From Azolla caroliniana (lineage: Eukaryota > Plantae > Polypodiophyta), in the NCBI GenBank assembly GCA_043228905.1, contig JBHGNT010000003.1:1364001-1428000 (forward strand): a stretch of 64,000 nt of DNA. Direction: 5' to 3'. Shown here piece by piece: positions 40,197 to 51,787 of the stretch. The first letter of the stretch is position 1; each line of letters begins with the position of its first letter. The translations under genes and the position numbers were made by a program. The notes beneath the pieces are model-generated. The model was given only the letters and a program-made list of their open reading frames with translations, ran no database searches and was not told where the DNA came from.

Positions 40197-40845
40197 AGAA
40201 AACCGTCCCTTAGCGCAATCGGTGCATAGCGCGCGTGAACCGGCTCTTCACGCCTGCGCGCCCTTTAATGTATATAATAGAGAATTAGGTACAAAGGTAT
40301 ATCCTAGGTAGTTAGATTCGGTAGGTAGGAAGTTAATGAGGGAAACGGCTCCCTTCCTGAAGCTATAAAAGAGAGGGAGACGCGACGTGAAGGGGGGCAA
40401 TTTTTTTTTTTGGAGGAGGACGAAGTGTTGTCGAACCATAACTGAACACTTCTCCTCTGTTCGTTCTCCATCGCTCTTCTCTGCAGGTTTCGGGAGGCTT
40501 GCGCTGCTTCGAGGAACGCCCGTGTGCTTCCGGCAGCACCTCCATCCTATCCCCTTTCGTGCGCAAACGAGCAGGCATTGGCATCTGTTCGCCGGCCTGT
40601 TCGGTTGTAACCGCTCGCGTGCTCTGTTGTTTATTTTTCATTCATTAATATACAAACATTCGTGTCCCTCTGTCTCTGTGTCCATTCGTGTCTTCTGCAT
40701 TGACAGGGTCGTGTCCCTGTGTTTCTTTGCTCATATGTAACCAAGCGTCTCTCTCTTTCTCTTTCCCCTTCTATCACCTGCTCTTTGGTTAAAGACCCCG
40801 GTGGTCCCACCTCGTTTCTCCACGCACGTGCGTAGTAACGCGACA

Positions 40846-42239
40846 GCGGAAGACAAGGACACGCTAACCCTCCACGCCTTCAACGAGGAAGAGGATGAAG
40901 GAGAGTGGTTACTGATCGGCCGATTCCTAAAAACAATGACGACAGATGCTTCGTTGATGAAGGAGGAGGCCCTACAAATCCGAAAGAAAGCTTACCAATA
41001 CTTCTTGAAGGAAGGCTTCCTTTGGCAACACCCAGAAAGAAGGACAGGAATACCACGTCGAGTGGTGGTGAAGAAAGAAGAGAAAGTGACCCTAATTACT
41101 GAATTCCATGAAAGTGCTTGGGTAGGTCATAGAGGAACATGGGCGACCTTCGAGAAGTTGAAGGAGAAGTATTGGTGGCCAAGCATGTACAAAGATGTAC
41201 TCCATTTCATGTCCACATGCGAAACATGCCAAGTACATTCGAATATACGTCATCATGATGAGCTACGACCAACATACCCGCTCACCATACGCTTCAAATG
41301 GATGGTGGATCTGGTCTTAATGCTAATGGGAGTGGGACAAATGAAGTACTTAGCTCTGGCAAGAGAAGACTTGACAAATCAAGTGGAAGGATGGGCCTTG
41401 ACAAATAAGACAACGTCGGCTGTTTGCAAATTTCTATTCGAAGAGGTTGTCTGCCGATACGGATGTGTGAGAAAGATAGTTGCCGACCGAGGGGAGTTGG
41501 ATGCGCACGAATCAACAGAGCTTTTCGAACGACTAGGTGTGAAGCTCTCCCTCACGACTGCCTACAATCCAGAAGCGAATGGGAAGATTGAGCGAGGGCA
41601 TGGACCTATCGTCAAAACCATCGTACGAGCATGCAACGGTCAAGTCGGGAATTGGCCACGACTATTTCCCTATGCCTTGTGGGTTGACAGAACGACACAC
41701 AGCTCGGTGACAGGGTATATGCCAACGGAGCTTATGTATGGACAAAAGCCAGTAATGCCCATCGAAAGGACGATCACCTCATGGGTAGCGATACCATGGG
41801 AGAACGAGATGAGCCAAGAAGAGTTATTAGCAGCACGGATAAGGCAACTTGAAAGAAGAAAGATCTAGAAAAAGCGCGAAAGATGATAGAGGAAGCCCAA
41901 GTGAAGAACAAAATTCGGTTTGACAAGACGCATCAACTGCGTCCCAAGAAGATCGAAGAAGGAGATTGGGTATTGGTCAACAACAGCAACCTTGACAATC
42001 AACACAGTACAACAAGAAAGTTCGCAAGAAGATGGTTCGGACCGTATGTGGTGACAAGTTCCAACGATAATGCCACATACCACCTTGCGGAGCTAAACAG
42101 ATCAAAGTTGGTCATACCCATTGCAGGGAAAAGAGTAAAGATTTTCAAGAAAAGACAAGACGAGGATCCTAACCTCGATCACCTTGACGATAAAGATAAT
42201 AGGGCGGATGTGAATGAAGACATGGAGGAATCTGATTGA
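40846..42239 (+). pseudogene. pol: integrase of element A
   Basis: H-X6-H..CETC Zn finger, core and GPY motif; resumes after the G TSD. Confidence 0.88.
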
Positions 42240-42311
42240 TCACCGTAGCCGAAATCTCACACTCTCTCTTCTTGGCACGTACCAGAGGACGTGCGGTTTT
42301 GTGGGGGTGGA

Positions 42312-43372
42312 TGTCGTGAAGATTTTCAGCAATAGTGTGAAACTTGTGAGGAATATACAAAATCAAGTGTGGGTCTTCTCATGAAATATAAAACAATAAT
42401 AGTGAAGATACTATTTAAATAAGTTTAATATCTTCGTACAAACATATAGAGGTCTTGAAGAGCTTTTGAATGCACTTTACTACGTAGGAAACGAACATCT
42501 AAGTGTCAAGTTATGTGGGTAGAAGTTTGCAAAGACGAAGAGAAAAATAAAACAATGTGATATCCCACATAGACATGACAGATAAGGATCCCACCATATA
42601 TAAGGCAGAGCAAAAGCTATTATCTTTGTGTTTATGTGTGGAGCATAGAAAGGTTAAGTTATATGACTTAACAAATGGATGTAGCGAAATGCATATAACT
42701 ATGTGTTTTGGACGGATCCGGCGGCCGGTGAGTCGGCAACGACATCCGATGACGGAGACCGACGACGGATCCAGCAACGGTATCTGGTGACGGAAACCAA
42801 TGGGGCCGGCGGGACTAGAGGGAGGCACATGAAGTATGGGTGTAGGGAGTAGTGGGCATTGAGTATGTCGGTGAGAGGAGAGGGAGTTAAGACCCATCAA
42901 TCTCACCTCCTAAGACGAGGTCAAATACTCTCCTTTGAAAGAAAGGGGATTTGACCACTCCTTTCTGTAATGTGCCTCGCCCCTTATTACTATAAAAGGG
43001 AGTGAGGGGTCACTTTTGAGGGGCTTCCATTTTTTTGGGTTTCTTTGGGTTGCCATTAGGGTTTTAGAATTTTGGGTTTTAGGATCTCATTTTAGGGGTT
43101 TCATTCATTGTCTTCTTCTTCTTCTTTTCCCCTATCCGATTAGGGTTTCATATAGAGGGTTTACATTCAGTCTACACAACCACGGTTGTAATTGGTGTGG
43201 TGCTTTCTATAATGTATCTTGTCTTGTTTAGATCTTATTCTCTCAAATCTTAATCTCTCAAATCTACACGACCATGGTTGAACTCCCAAGCTTCTCTCCC
43301 TCCTCTTACTCCCTAGTCCAAGACCCCCGTGGTCCCGTCCTATCCGACACGCACGCGTGGATTTCCACGACA
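42312..43372 (+). repeat. 3' LTR of A (apparently chimeric)
   Basis: Follows PPT GTGGGGGTGGA and ends CACGACA. Only its first ~480 bp match the 5' LTR. Confidence 0.75.
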
Positions 43373-43586
43373 ACAGTTTTACGATTTGGTTCGGTTCAAA
43401 CCAAACAATTGCCGATTGTTAGAACCCAATGTGTTGAATTCCTAAGCGGAAGTACTTTGTGGCAGGATTACTCTCAGTAATGTTAGCTCTTAATCCTCAC
43501 TAATAACATAAACATCCAATTTCAATGTCCAACATTATTGTTGTATTAGTATGTTAATAGTAATCATGATGTTGAACAAGTGTATG

Positions 43587-45263
43587 CAGTGTTGCCTTTT
43601 GACGGCTAACATTGCTTGTCATGAGAACGGTATTCCAAATTTTTTGCCCGTCAAATGACGGTTTGTCAAAAAAATTGCCCTTCAAAAAGTAAATACATCG
43701 AATATTTGTACTAGACAATATATTATACCCTTCTATCCTTTGCATCTTTCTAAATTTCATATACACAATTCCTTTGTATTTCTTCAATGTGTGGCCCATT
43801 CAATAGGACTCACATTAAATCATCTAAATGTTCTATATTCGATCATTCTCTTTTCGTCTCTTTGATGAGATTTTGCTTAGAGAACCCTCTCTCACACGAA
43901 ACCGTGCCAAATGGAATAACCAAAGTAGTGTGCCATAATTTCATCAAATGAGGGAAACTATCTTGCCAATCCTTCATTTTGCAAAACATACGCCAAGCTT
44001 CACGCATAGTATAGCCTTCACAATTTAAACGTAAAAGTGTCAACAAACCTATAGAGTTCCATTTCACAAGCCTTTGCATCATGTAAAATTTGAAGACATG
44101 CATTGACATCAACATTTGGTTGTAAGTCAGAAATCAAAATTCCCAACCATGTCTTTGCTTTACTATCCCTAATCACATCATCCTCTGCATAATGGCATGG
44201 GCTGAATAATTTTGCTACATTGAAGAGGCTTAAGCTTAAATAAAGGAACCTTGCATTTAGTCCATCAATCATCTTTTGCACATAATTTTGAGATAGTTTA
44301 ATACAACTTTCAAGTGATCCATCTATAAATGGCGCCATTCCCTTAGATTTTTCAATATTGAGATTCTTATCATTGTGACTTGCTTTATCCATGGGAATTT
44401 GTTTGAAGTATAGTTCATGTCTATATGTAATGCCATCTTTATCCTCTATTTCCAAAAACCCAACTTTAGAACATCTTAAGAATTTGGATAAATACATTGC
44501 TCCATCCGCAAATGTGTAATTTCTCAAGAAAGACCTCCACAAATTAGAAATAGTAATATCAATTTCTGCACCAATTGAAGTTACATCCAAATTCTCTTTT
44601 TGAAGTTTCAAGCTCAAAATATTCATCAAATGCAACACATCAGCCATCATACAAAAGCAAAATTGTCGATCGCCTAATATGTTTAATATATGTTCATATA
44701 TAGTTTTACCTTTACCATTGGGAATTTTCAACAAAACCATATATTCAATTTCCTTAGGCCCACAACCACCACATTGCAAGTATGTAATATACACAATGAG
44801 GTGCAACTCTAATCCATTGTCAATACTTTCATCTAACATCAAAGAGTAGATGGGAAAATTATTAGGTTTGAGTTTTGAATTTCTAGAAGATATTTCCCAA
44901 AGGCAACCAAAAATTCATATCCTCCATATCTACTAGTATAAGATATATAATCATGTTGGCTAGGCATATTAGGCACCTCTACTAGCACACCCAAATCATA
45001 TAAATCTTGGTATGTAACGATAGCCTATACTATATGTTATAGCCTGTGAATTGTAATTTGTAACTACTAATACATGTACAATTGTTTTGGCCTTAGCAAA
45101 ATTTGATGGTATTAACAAAATCTAAACCTTCATTTTTACGTTTTTATAAAATATATGCCGGTCAAGATTGACGGTTTCATTTTTAAATTAACCTTCATAT
45201 ACGGTTAAATTTGCCAAAAACGGTCAAAACGACAGTCAAAACGACAGTCAAAAGGCAACATTG
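43587..45263 (-). mobile_element. hAT DNA transposon, deletion derivative
   Basis: 17-bp TIR CA(G/A)TGTTGCCTTTTGAC, perfect 8-bp TSD AGTGTATG, subterminal CGGTCAAAA-type repeats. Transposase remnant ~43843-44842 with LDES.D and SCERGFS dimerization motif. Confidence 0.93.
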
Positions 45264-45270
45264 AGTGTAT

Positions 45271-45274
<4 letters not shown>

Positions 45275-45312
<38 letters not shown>
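45275..45312. repeat. (GA)n microsatellite
   Basis: Pure GA run. Other microsatellites: (CT)n at ~56-76 and (GT)n at ~59210-59237. Confidence 0.95.
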
Positions 45313-45314
<2 letters not shown>

Positions 45315-45946
45315 ATGACTCAAAAAACCAATATCAAGAACAATTATAGGAACCATAAAACCCTATGATCTAAACATGGTGTTTGTAATAAATAAAAACA
45401 TCATACCTCGCATGTGAAAGACGTCATATGTGATCAATCATAAGAAAATGGAGTTCAAGGAATGTTTTTACTCGAATTAAGCAAGAGGATTCTCAAAAGA
45501 ATGATCCATTGATTTTATTTAAGTTCAGTTTATTTGCAAAACACGGGGGTTACGAAACAATGATAGGAAATTTATTAGACATGTGGGAAGCAAATTTGTG
45601 GGAAGCAAATTTCTATGGATATATGAGATCATTGCATCTGTAACATTTAGAAAGAATCCCGTGTCAGATTGATATACAACTGTGGAATTGTTCTTGCTCC
45701 CCTTTGCTAGATGGTGACATCGAACGAGTACGTAGTAACTCAACACTAGATTGTGACTCGTGAGAGACGTTGGGACTGGTTATCAAACATATAAACCAAA
45801 AATAATTGTGGTAACTACTTCTTTTGGTTCAAAAAAAACAAAAGAAAACATGTGGCATTTATAAAAGCTTGGCTTCAATTCATTTGTGCCCATCTTTTGA
45901 AAAAATGATATCCCGCACAATCCCAAGTAGATATGTATATAGTCGA

Positions 45947-46084
45947 GGCGCCTATTTGCACACATGTAGAAACATATTAAAGAATTGTTGCACACCTGCA
46001 GGGATGTGGACGTCGAAAGGGCGCCTATTTGCACACATGTAGAAACATATTAAAGAATTGTTGCACACCTGCAGGGATGTGGAC
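45947..46084. repeat. 73-bp-period direct duplication upstream of the P450
   Basis: GGCGCCTATTTGCACACATG...GGGATGTGGAC at 45947 and 46020. Confidence 0.92.
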
Positions 46085-46256
46085 ATCTTTCGACGCATTT
46101 GTGTATGGTTTGATTGGCTATGGTGAAGAAGAATAAGAATCATACATTTTTGTATATATGGTTCTCACAAATATTGGTCAATGCTCATAGACACATATTG
46201 GAGAGAAGAAGAAGAAGGAGAACTAGCACTAGCACTAGCATTGGTGAAACTTGGCT

Positions 46257-48021
46257 ATGGTGAGCCTCACATCCACCGTCCCTGTAGAGCTCATTGTTGG
46301 GGTTACACTGTCTCTACTCCTCCTCATAGCAAGGTTGCATCAGTTATGGAGACCTTCAAGCAAGAAGAATAAGAGGCAGCAAGGGAAGAAACTTCCCTTA
46401 CCTCCGGGTCGTTTCGGCCTTCCCTTCGTTGGCGAAACCCTGGAGTTTTTCGGAATTCTAAAGAAAGGGGTCCCATGGCAGTTCTTCGATGACCGGATCT
46501 CGGCCTATGGAGAGACCTTCAAGACGAGCTTAATGGCTTCTCCGACAGTGGTCCTTTCTGGGCCTTTGGGTAACAAGACGGTCTTCTCTAACACCCATAC
46601 ATCGTGGCCTGCGAGCGTGGTCTCTGTTCTCGGGGATGAATCTCTCATCGGGTGTGTCGGAGATCGGGCCACTCGCATTCGGAATGCGCTCATGGTGTTC
46701 TTGCGGCCCGAATCCTTGCAACGATACATGAGCCGTGTCGATCTCATTGTCCTTGCATTCATTAGAGATCAGCTTGAAGGCAAACCTAAGGTGGCTCTCT
46801 TCCCCCTTATGAAGAAGCTCATGTTCACCATAGCTTGCGAGGTTCTTGTTGGCCGGCGGGACAGAGAAGATCACGATATGCTCCATCGCCCCTTCGACAC
46901 CATGGTGAAAGGCCTCTTTCAGCTGCCAATCAACATCCCAGGAACAGCATATAGCAAAGGAATCGCAGCTTCGGATGTGATAAGAAAGCAGTTGCAGGTA
47001 TGGATCGAGGAGAGAAGGAGGGATATGGCTGCTGGCTTGGTCACTGGACATGAAGACGTCCTCTCTGGCTTTCTGGCATATACGGATGAGCAGGGAGAAC
47101 CATTTTGCGATAAGGCCATCAAGGACAACATCCTCACGTTGCTCTTCGCAGGCCATGATACCAGCACTTCTGTAGCCACCATGGCCTGCAAATATCTGGC
47201 ATCCAATCCCGACATAATGGATGAGGTTTACAGAGGTAGGTTTGTTTTGTGGCCTCCCCCCCCCCCCCCCCAATCATTCTCAATTCTTTCTTGATCAAGT
47301 GCACATGAAATCTGTATGATATTTGTATGTGTTTTTTTGGCGGTGATTGCTCAGAGAACAAGAAGATCGCTGCAAGCAAGGCCCCCGGTGAGCTCTTGAA
47401 TTGGGGAGATATACAGAAGATGAAGCTTTCATGGCGAGTAGTGCAGGAATCGATGAGGATTTTGCCGCCAGCGCAGGGGATGTTCAGAGTGGCACAGGAA
47501 GACATGAGCTTCGATGGCTTCAGGATCCCCAAATCATGGAAGGTGCGATAGTACACAGAAAACTCATTTTATAAACACGGCTTAGCGGCTCCCTTCTAGG
47601 CTTGAACCGAGCCGTTGCCAACTCCTAGTGTCACACAAGTTACAACTCTTTCATAAATTCTCTTGGCATTCATTCACATTGTCGTTGATCCATACATTGT
47701 ATTTTTTTCCTCCACACACAGATCATGTCGTCCACAAACTCCACCAATCGGAACCCGAAGTATTTCCGGGAGCCTGAGAAGTTCGATCCGTCGCGCTTCG
47801 AAGGAGCAGGCCCGGCTCCATACACGTTCGTCCCATTCGGTGGGGGCCCGAGGATGTGTCCGGGCAACGAGTTCGCACGCATGGAGGCTCTGGCGCTGCT
47901 CCATCGCTTGGTCATCCAATTCTCGTGGACCCTCGAGGATCCCAACGAACTCATATCAATCAACCCCTTGCCCTGCCCTATGAAGGGGCTTCCTATCTTG
48001 CTCAAACCACGCATTCCATGA
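46257..48021 (+). CDS. Cytochrome P450, CYP85 clan, CYP716-like; exons 46257-47235, 47355-47542, 47722-48021 (488 aa)
   Basis: TM anchor, PPG hinge, AGHDTS, ESMR, FDPSRF and heme motif [14 protein letters not shown] introns give a 1467-nt open frame. Confidence 0.93.
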
Positions 48022-51000
48022 TTCAATTTGTTATCACACTTTCGTTCGAAAATTGCAACAATAACAGTAGCTTCAAGATTCAGAACATGTGTACTTGCAT
48101 TTATTTCTATGCATCGGAATTTGGCAAGTCCTAGGAGCATGTAAAGGTTATAGGTTTAAGACTTACATAGCCAAAGGTATAGTTATTTTTTCAAAATTTA
48201 CAATTAATTTATCTTTTATTAACCTAAAGACAAATTACTTATAAAGAATTAATCAATTAGTTGTCAAACGACAATTTGCATTAACAAACTCTAATATTTA
48301 GTTATAATTCCTCAAAACAAATTTGTTGTTGGATCTCTTTTAAATAGATACTTATCCTAGTTTAGAACTTGGGTGGTTCTACATTGGTTTCACACACACT
48401 TGCACTTTGTGGGGACCCCAAAGATGGAACTTGACTACTATAGACATGCACATTTTTGTGAACTTATATCATAGACTCTGTGATAAATGCACTTGAACCA
48501 ATTGGATTATGAACAAGGAGAGTTTGTAAAAGGAAGGGAGAGAGACAAGCACAAAGAAAAGATTGAGATAGTGTTAGGGTTAAAGAAACGTAAATAACAT
48601 AGTATATGATAAAAACATGTATTATTTGAATTAGAAATACAATATTTTATTTACTAAAGTTTGTAAGGATGATACCTATCTTTGTCAAGCTCTAGCTCAA
48701 ACTCTTGACTTCGATCTTGAGAGATGGAAAACCTTTCCTATTGTGCTAGCTTGATTGATGGATAATTCATCGACCATCTATCTCTTTCTAGAATTGATCA
48801 AAGGAGTTTGGGAAGATTTTGGGAGGTAAAGAAAAACTAAATGCTCTTTAAGAGTTTTTTACCTTGTATATAATTTGCAAGTATTAGAAGTTTCTACACT
48901 ATGATGCAATCATATATGTGCATTAGCATAGAAAAATAAGGCATGAACAATCTTGTATGTTGAATGGTACTCTATAGATGGAGAATATGTCCATATTGAG
49001 AATCAACAATTTATTTGTTATTATATGATTAATTCCATTCATGACAATACACTCCAACCTTACCTATTGTTCTCGATTATCTTGTGAGTGTACATGCACA
49101 TTCATGTACTTTCTTGAATATGTCATGCACCAATAGTATTTTTATTATTTATAGTTATTGTGTAGGAACGTTGGAGCTTGTTCCCACAATACACAACATT
49201 CCATATATTATATCAGGATAATCACGATTTGAATGCACACCCTCTATGAAATGGCATAAAGTTGGGTAATGTAAATAAGATCACCATGATCATATTGTTT
49301 GTAGGAAAGAAGATAATAAAAATTTTCTTACAGCCATGACAAGAAAATACTTTACCCACACCTACAACGCTCTCTTTCAAGATGTAATTTTTCTAGTTCA
49401 AAAACTTGTATAAGCCAATATAATTGTATTGCCATGCTATGAATAAAACAAAGTGTATAAGTATGACGGTTACCCTAGAAAATAGATAGCTTTTGCAGTG
49501 TGACGTAAATATCCACATTCTTATTACAATAGGAGTGATTGCCATGACGATACACCAATCACTTAGTCGTCGTGAGGTTAAGGGAGAATCTAGGAGTAAC
49601 CATGAGTTTGTGCTAGATAAGAGACAATATAGAAACTATCCCTCGATTTAAACTATTCACTCATTTGTTAAGTAAGCAAATAAACAACAACAATGGCCTT
49701 TACTAGGAGCTCTAGCTTTTGTAGCTAAAAAATTCAGATCGAGATAATGACGTTTCAAATTAAACTAAGTTATTAGCCACCATAAACTTGCGTTTAATTA
49801 ATAAAGATAAAATGATTCAATGAGCTCTTTGATTTACTGCATTTTATTCAATAAAATCCAGCTACAATAGTTAAGGTTTGATTCACATTATACTGCCAAT
49901 AACAACAAGATATCGACAACAAAGCATGTGATAAGCAAAAATCATTAGTTATCCCCCTCCCCGTGAAACATATTTGTATTGTTAAGCAACGATGACACGT
50001 GTCAAACGTTACTATCAATGGGTTAACTAAATTGCCAATGGAAACTTATTGAAATGTATTCACAATGTAGCCATTGAAAGCTAACAGAAATGTCTTTCCA
50101 ATCCCATCAAATGTGAAGGGAACTCAACCACCAAGACATTTAAAACACATTGTCAAAGCTCAATTTGTAAATCCACCTTCCTCTATAAAATATAACATAT
50201 TAAATTCTGACCATGGGTGAAAAGGGCAAAAAGATGATATTCTCCTCTTGCCTTTTTGTTGGGGTATTACCAACATTTTTACTCCTCTTACCGAGGTATT
50301 AAAGATATTTCATGAAATGATAAGAGGTGGACTAGATAGTGCCCCTTATTTGTCCCCTTGTATATATGCTATATTTCTTTTAGTAGATTTAATGTGAACA
50401 CCGAAGGCAAGTTCGTTGCTTTCATCTTATACCAAGTGTTCCTGATGAGTATGTCTTGAAATTGGAGACATATTTCATGCCTTGTTCGATATGATACATG
50501 AAACACAACTTGACTGATCATACACTATTAGCAGGATGTCTCCTTTCAATCAGTGAATACGTGCACACACTCCTTTTTGTTGTACTTCGAGGAGCAAAAA
50601 AAAATCCACATGCTACGGAATTTATTTCGAGATTCACGAAACACTTCTCTTTACAACCAACATATGCGTCTAGATTTTGATTGTTGTACTTCGAATACAG
50701 GAAGAGGCGAATCGATAATGGGGCTATTGAGTGTTGCATAAATTGTAGATGCCTATGTGTAGTTGCCATCCGTTTTAAAAACCGAAAAAAACACGAGAAT
50801 TGTTAGCAAGAACTCGAGCTCGTGTTTTCTCGACCTTGACATTGAAAAGCAACATCTTACAGGAACCAGCACCAAGCAATATAGAGAAGACTCTACGGGT
50901 AAATCTAACGGACAAAGACCAAAACCTCCCCAAATATTGCCAGTTCTCAAAGTTTGGCCATTTTAAAACCGTATGGGCATCCTAAGGATCCTTTCTAGAT

Positions 51001-51787
51001 CGCACAACAATGAGGCACCACGATGGACGGTGAGACCAAATACAAGAATACATATGTATGTATACGTATGTACACTAATGTCAATGTGTATACCATATCT
51101 ACGCCGGGCGATTTAGGCAAATTGGATAAACGACCAAATCAAATACACTAATGCATACATATACATATGTGCACGTATGAGTATACGGTGTACAAATATA
51201 CATATGGATGCATAAGTATGTACACTAATGTGTATACCGTATATACGGCAGGCAATTTGGGGCAAACGGGGACGGGCGGATGGCAAGATCAAATACACTA
51301 ATACATATGTACATGTGTACACGTTTGTGTATGTATGTATATGGTGTAGACATATACGGTGTACAAATATACGGTGTAGAAAGATACGGTGTACAAAATC
51401 TCTTCCATTTTTGGTGTACATGCACACACAAAATCACACCTCCTCTGTTTCCCTTCTTCTTCTTCTTCCTTCTTTCTTTCTTTCTTTCCTTTTTTGGCAT
51501 CTTTTCTTGCCCTTTTCTTCTGCTTAACTGATATAATTCTCTGTCTCTCTCAATCTGTGTCTGTGTCTCTTGGCTTTCTTCTTTCCTCCATTTTTTTACT
51601 TTTCCTTGTAGAAACAGATGATCTTGCTTTCATGGGGGGTTTCCTTCTGATTGCTAGCCATCACCATTTCTGATCATTGTACACCAATGGATTCTCCTTC
51701 TTTTCTTTGTATGCATACATTCCTCTGTGTTATTTATTTAAAATTTAGGTTTTTTCCTTTGATGATAAACTTGATCCATTCTGCTGT

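Larger units (their letters stand above)
33803..40845 (+). mobile_element. Full-length Ty3/gypsy element G (~7.0 kb) nested in pol of A
   Basis: LTRs 33803-34456 and 40189-40845, perfect 4-bp TSD GCGG, PBS 34461, PPT AGGTGGGGGCAGA. Only a few point stops. Confidence 0.96.
1427..43372 (+). mobile_element. Ty3/gypsy element A (outer host of the nest; degenerate)
   Basis: LTRs start TGTCGTGAAGATTTTC at 1427 and 42312. PBS at 2580. gag 2593-3823 resumes at 31109 (WSDP|VDDNTILAE); pol runs to 33802 and resumes 40846-42239; G-rich PPT before 42312. Flanks CCGT/ACAG do not match. Confidence 0.8.

Noticed and set aside
48150-51500. Short ORFs and degenerate TATACA-rich repeats in the AT-rich intergenic region
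   Set aside because: No coding signature, TIR or TSD that I could support.
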